This document shows positions 38,478-51,532 of a stretch of DNA of 64,000 nucleotides, piece by piece. A program made the position numbers and the translations under genes. The notes under the pieces are model-generated. The model worked only from the letters and a program-made list of their open reading frames with translations. It was not told where the DNA came from and ran no database searches. The DNA comes from Glaucostegus cemiculus. Lineage: Eukaryota. The stretch lies in the NCBI GenBank assembly GCA_976551045.1, contig CDPCPM010000370.1, positions 1,240,001 through 1,304,000 on the forward strand. Direction: 5' to 3'. Numbering within the stretch: position 1 is the stretch's first letter; the number at the start of each line of letters is the position of its first letter.

Positions 38478-39329
38478 TGCAGGAGACTCCCATTGGATTC
38501 CTGTACCATTTTTATCGGCCTGGCTTTTATAATTCTGGATGTCAAAACTGATGCAATCTTTCTAGGCCTGATTCTCAGGCCTTCTACAGATTCATTGGGA
38601 GTGTGCGGCAGGAGTTTTGCATGAATATGTGCACAGTGTATTCAATGATCTGACGGTGTTCACGGTCAAAAGATAGCCTGAATCAGACACATTTCGAAAT
38701 TGCACGGGGAGCGTTTCATAAGACGGTATAAAGGAAACGTGACGCTCTTCCTGATTCACATTTTCCACTCCACAGGGAGTGCTTGTTGGCCTCTAATACA
38801 GGGAACTTTTTCTGCGACCAATGGGAATGAATGACGAGATACTGTGGAAGGAACAGGTTTCAGTATCTGTCCCGCATCATCTCACGTGGATATCGAAAAG
38901 ACATTTGTCGTAATATCACTCTGAACGAAAATTGTTCTGCCCATTACCCGGGGATATTTCAAGCTCGGCTCCGTATCTAATCAACAATGCCCTGCCCAGG
39001 TGTAATTGATGGGACCGTGCTGTGGGAGACTTGCAGTGTATATACTCAATTAATCTACTGCCTGGACATTGTTTATGACGGTCACCCTTAGTCTCACCAG
39101 TGCCGTCACTGCCATGGGAGTGACAGGCGGGGAAATAGAGGGAAACGTCAGTTGAGATTACACGGTTATTTTTTCAACAACTACTCTCGGCAACAAAAAT
39201 GTTGATTCTTTTAATATACTGCAATTAGCTGAGCTACTGGAAACTGTGCACCTTCCATGATTTACATTTGCTGAATGCAATGAAAGCATTAACACCGATA
39301 CATTCAATGCACATCCTCATGGCAGAGTG

Positions 39330-39670
39330 TGTCCAAAGGGAGAATTCCTGTCACTGTCAGTCTCAGCTTCTACCCCACTGTGATAAGACTATTGAATGGT
39401 TCCTTTATACAGTGATATGTACTATGACCTCACGATCTACGTTGTTATGACCTCGTACCTTACTGCACTACACTTTCTCTGTAGCTGTAACGCTTTACTC
39501 TGTCCTGTCTTGTTTTTACCTGTGCTACATCAATGTATTCTGTACTGAGTCAATGCAACTACACTGTATAATGAATTGACCTTTACGATCGGTTCGTAAG
39601 ACAAGCTCTTCACAGTACCTCGGGACAAGTGACAATGATATACCAATACAAATACCAATACCAATACCAG
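39330..39670 (+). mobile_element. LINE 3' end (Rex1/Babar- or L2-like) with (ACCAAT)n tail
   Basis: CAGCTTCTACCCCACTGTGATAAGACTATTGAATGG...TGACAAT followed by ATACCAATAC repeats. Clade assigned by eye. Confidence 0.6.
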
Positions 39671-42600
39671 TAGCCATGGATTGCGGAGAGGTGACTGGTT
39701 AAGCAGGTCACATGGGGAATCTCTGAACCCACCACTGCCTGCTAAGTAAATCTCATCTGTCCTCTGGCTGAGGATCATGGTATCCAGATCCCAGTATTCC
39801 TTGTCAGTGCCTTTCATATTTTTACAAAGAGCTACTTGAATTCACACATTGACTTTCATACAGAAGAGTTCACTCCTTTAAGAAATGGTCAGTGAGTGGA
39901 GGTGCGCTGATCGTCGTCTCTTCTGGAAATAGCCCTAAATGTATTGGAGAGAAATATCCAATCATTCCTCGTGCTTGAGCTCCCAGTAGTGTTTGTTTCT
40001 GATTATCCCTGTGCTTGGATTCAATGTAAAATCTCGGTGTTGATGATACCCATTGTAACAATGGCAACAAATCCCAATCAATCCCTGCGGCGAGTATCCA
40101 CACTCTCAGACTGCATGGAATTTCCATTTCAATCGGAATGATGGACGATGGAACCAATCGTAACGTTTGCTGGCCGTGTGATTTATATGTTGCTGGGAAG
40201 ATTTATGTCTAGTAATATCTCATTCACCATAGTTGACTTTCTTTCTCTGAGCAGCAGACTAGAAACAACTCATTGATTTCTGGGCATGGAGTCAACAGGT
40301 GTTTCCTTTCAGTTAAATTTTGAGCTGACAGTTGGACTTCGGACATATAATCTGAAGGAGAAATGTCGACTGACAGGAGATGGGCACAAAATTAAACATG
40401 CCATTAATCAACATTTCTTTCTCAATATAGTTTTCAAAGAAGCACATCAAAGAGCAGAACTATTGATCAGCTAATGTACAGTGCAGTGCAATAATACGCG
40501 ATCAGGGAAGCATGAGATAGAAATACGTAAAATAGCATTTCACCCTTATTTAATAGTATGTCCTATTGCAATGTTGAAGAAAGCAGTGTGAGTGTGACTG
40601 GTTTCATCTCGACAGAGGGTTTTCTGATATGAACAAGGATAAGGAACCTAAGAAATACTGCGGAATTTTCCAATAGAACGGTTCCGCCGTTCAACATTCA
40701 CATGCATGACCGTGCAGATTCAATCGCCTATGCTAATTGTACATATGGCTTGATGTGTTTATTATCAGGTCATTCATCACTTTCATGAACATATCTCATG
40801 ATTTGGCATTTCATTTTATTCTATTTTTCACGCAGTCCAACTCCCCCCCCTCCCCCCCCCACTATGTTCTTTGGCGGAATCCAACATTTCACAGTCCACC
40901 ACCTGCCGGAGCTCACCATGTAACTGAACGGAAGCACCTGTGGATCCTGTGCAGCGAGATTAATGAGCTGCTTTCAGCCTGCTTCGCACAGAGGGAAAAT
41001 CAGCGTTGGTGGTTGCGACCAAACGACACCAAAAAACTGTCCAGCAACACGGCTGTCATACCGTCAGTGCATGCCGCTATTGGTTATCGGATGGATCATT
41101 CTGAATAACAAGTTAATGCTGCTTTTAGGACAGTGTGGATACAAGGCCACTACGGACTGGAAGTACTGCTTGGGAATGGGAATTACATCTAATAGCAAAT
41201 CGATATTTATGTCCATAAAGATGTTAGATATTCATATCGATTAGTTGAGATATAAACACTGGTCTTGCTGCTTCCGGAGGAGATACTGATCAGAAAAGTC
41301 CAACGTGTTTCCATATTTTAGACCAGCCCCAATTCATGCCAATAATTTACCAACCAATGCGTGTCAATGGTTTTGTGTGGGAACCCCTTAAGTCCAATCT
41401 TATCTGATTCTTCTGAAAACCTAATAGAGGTCAGAAAGCACCTTTATCTGCACCATTTGAAACATCTTCAGAGAATTCCATGACTTGTGTCAAACACCAT
41501 TTCCCATTCAGAAAACATACGTACCGTGGTTGATTTACTTGTGAATTTCCAAATGTCTTTATGGACATGTAGTCAAATATATTTTCCATCACAGTTGTTC
41601 GGCAAACTGGCTTATTCTTTCCTGCATTCTGCCACCCTCAGTTTTACTGGAATATGATGTTTGCAGTTTTACACTTGTCTGTGATCTTTACACAATGCAT
41701 GCCGTTTATCAGAGATTCGAATCCACACATTATCTGAGCCTGCAGCCATTTGCTTTATGAACCTTGGGTTCAGGCCATCTCAGCCAGTGGGCCTGTTTGC
41801 CAACTACGTTTTTCTCCATTGTCAGAGTTTGCATTATGTTGCTAATAGCTCGCTGTGCTTACATGTTTTAATTTGGATGTGAAGACATCAAGATTTATTT
41901 GGGATCCCTTCCACTCCTGCTTCCATGGTTTATTCCCCAAATAATTAATGTGATTCAAGGTTTTACTTTATTTAAGAATTTTAGTTCCAATGATGTCGCT
42001 TTAATCTGAAGCAGCCTCGGAATGACAGAGGCACACTGACAATATTTGACCTCACTCCACTGATTTTCTTTCCACCACGCAGGACACGACTGGAGGTTTG
42101 TTCCTATTTATGCAAAATGTGAGCTATAATTCTGACGGATGTAAGGCCTGCTGTGATATGGATATCTGCAGTGTATTTGTGTTATAAAATGAGAGACTCG
42201 GCCTCATGTGATATTACGGGAGACAAGAGTTGTCTAATATAAAAAAAGGGACTGTGTGTGAGAGGAAATTGAAACGGAATGTGATATGAAAAATGCAGAT
42301 CCCTGTGTTAAAGAGGTAGATTATGGTTCAATAAATATAGAGATAGGACTGTTGTGTTGGTAAGTGCCACTATTTCATTCAAGAGAAATTTTAAAACAAT
42401 GCATTAAAGAGGCATTTTTAAAGCAGTATTTTCATGAGTTTGTTGTCAGTGGTAGATTTTAAATAATTTTAAAATCTTTGTAGATAATTATCCTCGGAAA
42501 TAGGATGTACTCAACATTGTACTCAACATTGCCTTTGATAATAGCGGGAAAAAAAAACAGGGGCGGAACCCTTTGAAATTGCGACAGTTGTTCGTTAAAT

Positions 42601-42779
42601 TTCGTGGTCCTCATGAAAAAGGACTTTCTCCAAGAAATAAAGTGTGGAATGAGGAAGGACTGATGTCGAATGTATTACTTAAGACTTGGCAAAGTTAGAT
42701 AGGGAACAGCTGCAAGGGCGAAAACAACATCCAACAGGATCGAGGCATTTAAATGCGAAGTAGCGAGAGATCAGAGTCA

Positions 42780-44720
42780 GCATGTCCCAAGAAAAACAGA
42801 AGCAAAAATGGTAAGATTAGGGAGCATTGATTTGCAAAATAAAGAAGGTTCCTTCTGAATTTGGCAATTGGTATTCACTGGAAACTTTGAGGTTTTAAGA
42901 AGATATAGGAGATGAAAAGAAATAAAGTTGGAGGAAATAAAGGCGACATGAAATGGCTTTGGCAAGCATTATCACCGACTATTGATGTAAGGCTCAACGA
43001 CGTGTCATTTCCACGCCAAAAGGTTTTACGTCCATGAGAGGCAAGACGGTAGATCAGGAAGGAGTCTGCCTCCTCGGAGACGAAAATTGAAATGTTTATT
43101 TGGTACCAAAGGTAATCCGTTGGATCAAATTGAATTCACCAGGCCGAAAGTGGTCGAGATTGAGAGTTAAGTGATCTATACATTGATGTTCTGAGTCCTG
43201 TTTGTGTACTCAGACGGATAATGAATTTCCAATGTCGACGGGATCTATCCAAGGATGCGATGATAAATAGGGCATGAGATTTCTACTGCTCGAACCGAGA
43301 TTTTTGCAATTTTGTTAGCCACGTGTGAGTCATCTGAATACTCTCTGATGCTGCCCTCTGATGCAATGAAGAGCAATGGGGCCAAGGCTGTAAAGGACAT
43401 TCCAGTGAGTCTGACATCAAAAGAAGGCAGATTATGAAAGGCAGTTTGAGGGAGAGTGTTGATGTTCACTGGGAAAGGCAGCGAGACATCAGGAAACTTG
43501 AAAATAGTTTTATGCAGAAAATTTGTCTCACAGATTTGATTGAGATGTTTTGTGGAGTTGCATACGAAAGGTGGGGAGGAAGACTTGGATAAATGGACCT
43601 CAGCAAGAATTTTGACAAAAGTTCCGCGCGGTTGCCTGGTCCACAGGGTGATGGCACATGAAATCCAATATATGATAGTGACCTGGATCCACAAATGGAT
43701 TCGTCATAGGAGGCAGGGTAAAGTAATTAGGGGTATTTTCTGACGTTGTCTCTTACTAGCGTGTACCGCAGGGCTGGGTGCTTCAAGCATCGTTGTTTGT
43801 CGACATATCAATAATTTTCATGAGAATGTTATGTAATGAGTAAGTTTGTTGACGGAGTGGTAAATAGCGAAGAAGGGCATGAAAGAAGACCGGTGGAGAA
43901 TTGAGAAGACTTGTGAAGACGGATTCAATCCTGACAAATGTGAGGTCGTACCTTTTGGGATGTCAAGTGCGAACAATATGTTCACGGTAAATGACAGGGA
44001 GATCAGGGGTGTTGAATTACAGAGGGGCGTTGTAGGAAAGTTAATAGCACCTTAAAAGGGGGGAAAAGGTAAATAGTATTGTAAAAAAAAGTCATTCGAC
44101 ATGTTTGCCTTCATAGGCCGAGCCATGTGTATAAGAGCTGCGACGTGATGCATCAGATGTACAAAACATCATTCATGCCGAGCGTGAGGTATTACTCACA
44201 TATCGGATCCCCCACATCACCAGCATTCGGCAGAGTGCAGAAGGGATTCATTTGGATGCTGCCTGGAATGAATGGCTGAAGTTACCAACAGGTTTTGTAT
44301 AGGTCACTTCTATTCTACTTGGAGTGTTGCTGATTCAGGGTTGCCCAACCGAAGATCATAAAATTATGAGGGACAACGATCAGCTAGGTAGCCAGAGTCT
44401 CTTACCTGGGGTGGTGGAATCTAAAATTATTGGACATGTGTTTAATGTGGGAGCCGGAAGATTTCAAGGATATCTGATGGATGCGTTTTTCACATAGAGT
44501 GTGGTTGGTATGTGGAACAAGCTTCCAGAGGAAGTTACAGAGATCGATCATATTACAGTATCCAAAAGCATTTGGATAGGTACTTGGATGGAAGGGCGTT
44601 GAGGGATACGGGTCAAATGGAGGTAATAGATAAGTGCAGACAGATATCACGTTCGGCGTGGTAGGGTTGGGATGAAGGGCTACTTTTGAGCTGGAGAATG
44701 CTCTGAATTTATGATACGAA
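42780..44720 (+). mobile_element. Degenerate CR1 LINE ORF2 (RT) to 3' end
   Basis: ORF 43540..43743 LDKWTSARILTKVPRGCLVHRVMAHEIQ...WIHKWIRHRRQ corresponds to CR1 RT MDFSKAFDKVPHGRL...WIQNWL. CR1 3' motifs at 44.48-44.6 kb. Confidence 0.85.
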
Positions 44721-45889
44721 TACACGTTGATATAAACAGAAATATGAGGCAGTACAACATGAAATGGAAGAACTAAGCTGATGCACACAATCACACGGTT
44801 CCGTCGAACACCGACTGCAGCTGATGAAAGGAAATGCACACAGTCAATGCATCACGATGATTATAAGCAGATACCTGGATTTGCATGATGCAATCTGAGA
44901 CTAGGCGCTATTTAGTGTATGCAGAGATGTGGTGCAAACATATATAGAGGCACAAAGCCGACTGTAATATAAGACGAGAAATATTCTGGTATAAAAGAAA
45001 GAAGTAATGGGAGACGGGGGGAGAGAAAGAGAGAGAGACGGACTCAGAGAGAGAGGGGGAATAGAGAGAGGGGGAATAGAGAGGGGGTGGGGTCCTGGTA
45101 TGCCCAGAACGTTCCAGGTAATAGAGTAATTCTATTAAGAGACAGGTCACAACAATAGAAGCCGAAATGCTGTCTGCTGTTAGCTAACCAGATGCAGAAC
45201 CTGTGCTGTATTGACAATTAAAAATCGCAGTGCAATCTGTAAAGTAAACGAAAATTGCGATTGAATGAAACAGTGTCTTGTGTAACAATTGCGGTGTTGG
45301 GCCTGGTATTACATACCAGTATTGTACTGGGTGATGTACAGTGAGAACACATATTGATGTAATGCACGCAGAAATCATGTTTACTTTATGCAGTGAAAAA
45401 GAATAACACAATGCGTTGGATTACGAAGATATGTGTAATCTTCTCAAAGGCAAAATTCTGTGTCACACATCCAGAAAAGAAGGACCATTTTGACGTGTAC
45501 ACATACAATGGCTTTTGAAATATAAATTGAGATAAAGCAGAGTAGAATAACCGGCAGAACAGTTACTATTCTGTCTGACCGCTCCAGCGGTCCTGTTTGA
45601 CCCGAATCTTTGGCATTGCCTGAGAGGATTTTGTGCACTCACTTTGCGCTACATAGTTTTACTAAGATGTGCTCTTTAGTTAATTGACCACTCTTAAATT
45701 TCATAAAGTGAGTGCGTGCAGTAGGAACATCAGGAAAGACTTGATTGGAAGGTCAGTGATACTTGACGAAATGGAATTGTGGTGTGGAGTGAATGAGGTT
45801 TCCCCGAGAGCCAGCATGGATACGGTAGGTCAAATGAGTTTGTTCGAAGTGGTGAGGAAATAGGAAATAAACAGATGAATTGTGGGCAA

Positions 45890-47050
45890 AGAATCATGGA
45901 GTAGTATAGCACCGAAACAGGCCCTTCGGCCATCTAGTCCATGCTGACCTGATCTTCCGCCGAATCCCATCCACCACCTGGACTATATCCCTCCAAGCCT
46001 TCACGAACCATATACCTGCCCTAATTCCTCCAAATATTACAGTTGAACCCGGTTCTACCACTTCCTCTGCCATCTTCCGCACCACGCACTGACTAAAGAA
46101 GTTCCTCCTCATATTCCGCTTGTATTCAGATTTCACTGGAAACTTATACCCACTAGTTCTAACCTTACCCAGCCTTTGGTCAGAAGCCTTCATGTATTCA
46201 CCCAGTCTATACACTAATAATTTTGTACACCTCCATAAAATCTCCCCTGATTCTCCTGCGATCCAAGTAATAAAGTCCGACCCTGTTCAACCTTTCCCTA
46301 TCACTCAGGCCCTCAAGCCCCCGCAACATCCTGGCAATTTTTTTTTGCACCCCGTCAAGATTATTGATAACTTTCCTGCAGATAGGTGAACAGACCTGCA
46401 CATAACAGCCCCAAATTCCGCCTCACCAACGTCTTGTTTACGTTGAACATAACATCCCAACTCTTGCATTTAATGGCATGATTGAGAAAGGCCAATGTAC
46501 CAAAAGCTCTATTTACGATCCTCTCGACCTGTAACGCCACATTCATGGAACTGTGGACCTGTATTCCCAGGTTCCTCTGTCGACCGTACACCTCAGAGCC
46601 CTATTATTCGCTCTGTCGCTTCTAACCTGTTTCCCCCACCCCACCAAAAAATGCAACACCTCGCCTTTTTCTTTATTGAATTTCATTAACCATTATTCAG
46701 CCCAATTTCCTGGGGGGTCAAGATCACGCTCAAGATTTGATAGACTTCCTCGCTGTCCACTATGCCCCTCAATCTTGGCTTCACCCACAAATTTGCTGAT
46801 CCAGTTTAGCACATTGTCATTAATATAGATGACAAACACCAACGGAACCAACACTTATCCCTGTGGCACACCATTATTCACAGTCCTCCAGTCAGACAGA
46901 CAAACATCGACTCCCACTCATTGGCATTTCCCCTGAAGCCAGAGTTCAATCCAGTAGGCAACTTTATCCTGAATGCCCAGTGGCGTAACCTTCTGGACCA
47001 GCATCCCCTGCTGGACTTTGTCAAATGCATTGGGATTGTTCGTGTTGACC
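45890..47050 (-). mobile_element. CR1 LINE 3' fragment
   Basis: ORFs 46207..46401 (VQKKIARMLRGLEGLSDRERLNRVGLYYLDRRRIRGDFMEVYKI), 45894..46214 and 46361..46591. 3' UTR GGCCGAAGGGCCTGTTTC. Confidence 0.9.
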
Positions 47051-48345
47051 CCGGCCAGATGCAGAAGCTTTAGGAGTGATTTGCTAATTTAAACTGTTAG
47101 CGTTTTTAGGATAAGTCACATTAAATTTATTTCAGCAAATATACAAAAAATACATCTCACTGCGAATGCAATTTGTTTTGTATCATCGGTCAATATCCTT
47201 AGATAAATCTTGTTCACAGTTGAGACTAATAGACGTGCCTTCATTGATCTGTTACTGTTGACGAAAGCACATGGAAAACACTCATGAGCTGATCTGAATG
47301 AACACTGAATTTACCAGCCCCAAATCAGTATTCGATCAGTGATGACAAGAATATAATAGATATTTCCTCAATAACACAGGGCATAAATAAGAAGGAAATA
47401 CAAATCTCCTTGCGGCCTGCACGGAGTTTCTGTGTTCAGAATGTTATCTTCCCCATCAGAAAAATAAACAGATACATTCCATGTTCATTTCAGGCAATAT
47501 CATTCCTAAAACGTTAAGTACACCTCGAAGCAGTTTTACATTCAAAACTTCACTAAAATATAGTTTGGTATCAGTGGCATTCCGTATGAACATCGTAAGG
47601 TCACAAACTTTAAGGAAGTAAATAGGCAGGTTTTAAGGAATTCAAACTCATGTGATAAATTAGTGGAAGCTCAGAACGATGGAGAATATTACTGGTATTT
47701 TCCCTGCTCTTCATTGAATTCAAAACTTTCCTTCTCCTCTGTGTTTTCTTCAGGGCCCAGCCAATTATTTTTATTTCAAATTATTTCTTACAATATTTCT
47801 GTATGATTGCTTGTCATCCGCTCAATTATTGCTAATTGAACCATTGCAACAGGTGGACCAAGTATCGCCATTACGGATCGGTGATTTGTGAAGTATTTAC
47901 ATTCTCTTTCTAAGTATTAGCGAACCTCCTGCCAGTGAATGCGCCATCTGACCATGAACATGACTGATAAACCTCCGAATGCTGACCATTTAAACTCTTT
48001 TTCATCTCCTCAAACACTCCCTTTTCTCCGTCACTCCACAGAACTGTGATCGCTCATTCCTGTCCGGTGTGATAAAAATATCTCCTTCCGAGTCCTTACC
48101 GACCTTCTGATCATTTACTTCCGTTTTGTTTACCTTGAATTTCTCCTGCGGATTTTCATTGCAATACCTCTGAACATTGGAATTGGCAGTCCTCGCTGTA
48201 TGAGTGGAAAAAATGATATTGATAACAGCTGCTGTGGATTGCAAATGTCGTACGGAGTGCATGGCAGACCATTGAGGGTGTGTCTCGAATATACAGACTT
48301 TAAAACTTGTTGGGTAGAAATTAATTAAGATCAGTCAATCTGTAT

Positions 48346-48865
48346 TTCTCTCTCTCTCTTTCATCCCCTCTCTCTCATCTATCTATCCACCTACCTATCT
48401 ATCTATATATCTACCTATCTGTCTATCTGTCTTTCTATCTATCTGCNNNNNNNNNNNNNNNNNNNNNNNNNNNNNNNNNNNNNNNNNNNNNNNNNNNNNN
48501 NNNNNNNNNNNNNNNNNNNNNNNNNNNNNNNNNNNNNNNNNNNNNNNNNNNNNNNNNNNNNNNNNNNNNNNNNNNNNNNNNNNNNNNNNNNNNNNNNNNN
48601 NNNNNNNNNNNNNNNNNNNNNNNNNNNNNNNNNNNNNNNNNNNNNNNNNNNNNNNNNNNNNNNNNNNNNNNNNNNNNNNNNNNNNNNNNNNNNNNNNNNN
48701 NNNNNNNNNNNNNNNNNNNNNNNNNNNNNNNNNNNNNNNNNNNNNNNNNNNNNNNNNNNNNNNNNNNNNNNNNNNNNNNNNNNNNNNNNNNNNNNNNNNC
48801 CTATCTATATAACTATCTATCGATCGATCTATCTGCCCATCAGCATATCTATCAAGCTATCTATG
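48346..48865. repeat. (CTAT)n microsatellite spanning an assembly gap (N 48447-48799)
   Basis: CTAT/CT repeats on both sides of the N run. Confidence 0.9.
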
Positions 48866-49027
48866 TGTGTGTGTGTCTGACCGTCATATCGCCATTACAC
48901 CCAGCTCTGTATCTCAGTATCTATATTTGTCTGTTTTTCTAAGGTGATATCTTTCCCTTCTCTCCCACCTCGACAGCATCCCGCCTTTCTCTCTCTCTCT
49001 CATGCATATATAAACACATACAGTAAT

Positions 49028-49095
49028 ACACACACACAGACACACAGACACACACACACACAGACACACACACACACACACACACACTTTCACAC
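49028..49095. repeat. (CA)n microsatellite
   Basis: Direct CA run. Confidence 0.95.
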
Positions 49096-50326
49096 CTCAA
49101 TCTGCATCTCTGTGATTCATTCTATATATGTAGCTATATGTACCCGTGACTATGGATTGCTGAACACATTCACCAATTAGTGCCGTTATCAGCTGTGTGC
49201 CTAAGCCTTGACTATACCTTTTCTTTCATACTGAGATTTGTGAGCCTTTCGACACAGGTGCACAATGAAGAAAAAATATAAAAGAGATGCCTTGGGGATT
49301 GGTTTGAATTGGAACCTGATTGCAATTTTGACAGTTTGACCTGGCTTCCATCAGTTTAACAGTCAGGAGGAGGATCTTATCTTCTCGCCAAAGTCCATGT
49401 GTTTTCTGCAACTGATGTTCGATTCTTTAACCGAGATCTCACCAGTCACTGATTGCTGCCAATTGTCTTGTTGAATGGATTGACATTTTTGAGGGGAATC
49501 TTCGACTTTTAATTATTTATCTCGTGGCATTTATTCAGCCGTATTTCCACATGGATCAAACAAATGAAATTATTCAGCAGACATAAACAAACTTGAGTTA
49601 TTCCATACAAAATAGTTACGTAAAATATAACAGCATGAAAGCGATCCGCATGCCATCTTATTAATTCTGAAAGAAACTCGCTCAGAGGGATCGTACAGGG
49701 AAAACCCAAGGACGAACAGATCCAAAAGTCACAAATATATGGCATAAAAGGATCAGTAAGATAGCAGTAATCTTCTTTGGAACGGAATGGAAGCGGCAAC
49801 ATTTATTTTATTTCCATTGGAGTCTGCGTGTCCCATGCACAGCAAGGGTTTATGCATCACCGACCGTCTCCCACAGGCCACACTTTTATTATACTCTGGA
49901 CATATTTCTTCAAAATTCATTCCAAGCTTTTGGCTGCGGTATTAGGGAAATAGTCGGGCATTTATCTGTTTGAGGACCTGATTATCTGTAATATCGGTCG
50001 GTGTCCTGGTGGATAATAGGAATGAGTATGGATCTGATGTCACCCCGGAGATCGCGCAGTGGGTCCTGGCTCACTACCTTAATGTAAGTCTATCTGCAGA
50101 AGTAAACAAGTATCAAGCTATAACTCGATCCCGCTGGTGATGTGGAGAGGGCAGCTTAGCTCCGCCAGCCTCCCCATCAATCGAATGGTTCCACCCACAA
50201 CCGCGTCCTCCTCTCTTCTCCCGGGTATTTATATGTCGTACACAGTCTCCACAATCCAACTTTCCTCAGTTGGTTTGTAACAAAGTTTAGCGCAGGATTA
50301 ATTCCATCATGATTCCCAGAAGGATA

Positions 50327-50369
50327 ATGTCGGCGGCTTCACTGAGCCTGTTTCTGGCTTTTTTACCTC
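50327..50369 (+). CDS. IGHV: IgH V leader exon
   Basis: MSAASLSLFLAFLP, phase-1 donor GTGAGT at 50370. An in-frame upstream ATG lies at 50309. The intron contains an N gap (50419-50701). Confidence 0.88.
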
Positions 50370-50793
50370 GTGAGTCATGTTGCAGGACATGTTTTTTGAC
50401 GCTCACTGACTACCTCAGNNNNNNNNNNNNNNNNNNNNNNNNNNNNNNNNNNNNNNNNNNNNNNNNNNNNNNNNNNNNNNNNNNNNNNNNNNNNNNNNNN
50501 NNNNNNNNNNNNNNNNNNNNNNNNNNNNNNNNNNNNNNNNNNNNNNNNNNNNNNNNNNNNNNNNNNNNNNNNNNNNNNNNNNNNNNNNNNNNNNNNNNNN
50601 NNNNNNNNNNNNNNNNNNNNNNNNNNNNNNNNNNNNNNNNNNNNNNNNNNNNNNNNNNNNNNNNNNNNNNNNNNNNNNNNNNNNNNNNNNNNNNNNNNNN
50701 NGACTCTTCCTTTTTATCTCAGAGCATAGAATCAGGACTCATTGTCCCAAGGTTTGTCCTCAGTCTTCTTCTCCTTTTTTACTTAATTCGCAG

Positions 50794-51107
50794 ATGTCCA
50801 TTCATACGTCCTGTTGACGCAGCCCACGACAGAGACCTCCAGACCCGGGGGGTTCCTCAGACTGACCTGTAAAACCAGCGGTTTCGATCTTGGCAACGAC
50901 TGGATGCACTGGGTCCGTCAGGTGCCCAAACAGGGGCTGCAGTGGCTGCTTGAATACAAAAATCCATCAAGCAAAACCTTCGCATCGGGCATCGAGAGCA
51001 AATTTACTCCGTCCAAAGACACCCGAAACGGGATCTTTGCCTTAGATATGAAGAATCTGAGGACGGAAGATACGGCCATTTATTACTGTGCGAGAGATAC
51101 GACGGGT
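50794..51107 (+). CDS. IGHV: IgM-type VH exon with 3' extension (probable germline-joined V-D)
   Basis: Acceptor [58 protein letters not shown]...[35 protein letters not shown]. There are 18 nt between the Cys codon and the heptamer. Confidence 0.95.
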
Positions 51108-51145
51108 CACTGTGCTGCAACCAGCGTGATTCCCGAACAAAAACA
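51108..51145 (+). promoter_or_regulatory. 22-spacer RSS 3' of VH(-D)
   Basis: CACTGTG + 22 bp + ACAAAAACA. Confidence 0.88.
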
Positions 51146-51444
51146 TACACAGCATATTTCCTTCTGCTTGAAGTTACCAACAAGACAGGAGAGGCCGATG
51201 AAGGCAAACTCATATTATAGTTCTGCATCTAAACTTACACAGAGCGAAAAAAATGTAACTGGCTGCAGTATAGTTTCTGTCAATTTTACAGGTGCTACAG
51301 GCGAACATAACTGAGCTTTATTTCTGGCAATGAGGAGCACACGGTGACATAACCCACGAGTGCACACTTTCAGCGGTGTCTGAATCAGTGTTTTTAAAGC
51401 CAAAAAAAAGTCGTTCTCGGCATTCTTCAGCAGACCATCTGCGG

Positions 51445-51472
51445 AGATTTTGTCATGGCTTGTCTCGCTGTG
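51445..51472 (-). promoter_or_regulatory. 12-spacer RSS 5' of the (D)J segment
   Basis: Plus strand AGATTTTGT + 12 bp (CATGGCTTGTCT) + CGCTGTG, which on the minus strand reads CACAGCG-12-ACAAAATCT. Confidence 0.85.
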
Positions 51473-51532
51473 TTTACCGGGAGGCCTCCCTTGAAAACTG
51501 GGGAGGAGGCACCATGTTAACGGTGACTGACG
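51473..51532 (+). CDS. IGHJ: IgH J segment with 5' extension (probable germline-joined D-J)
   Basis: 60 nt reading (tt)YREASLENWGGGTMLTVTD, with the WGxGT motif. Phase-1 donor GTGAG at 51533. Not present in the ORF track. Confidence 0.9.

Noticed and set aside
42015-42200. GTLTIFDLTP and SAVYLC peptides resembling V FR3
   Set aside because: The two motifs are too far apart and not in one frame, with no RSS; probably chance.
50309-50872. 187-aa ORF in the track
   Set aside because: Artifact of reading through the leader intron and the N gap.
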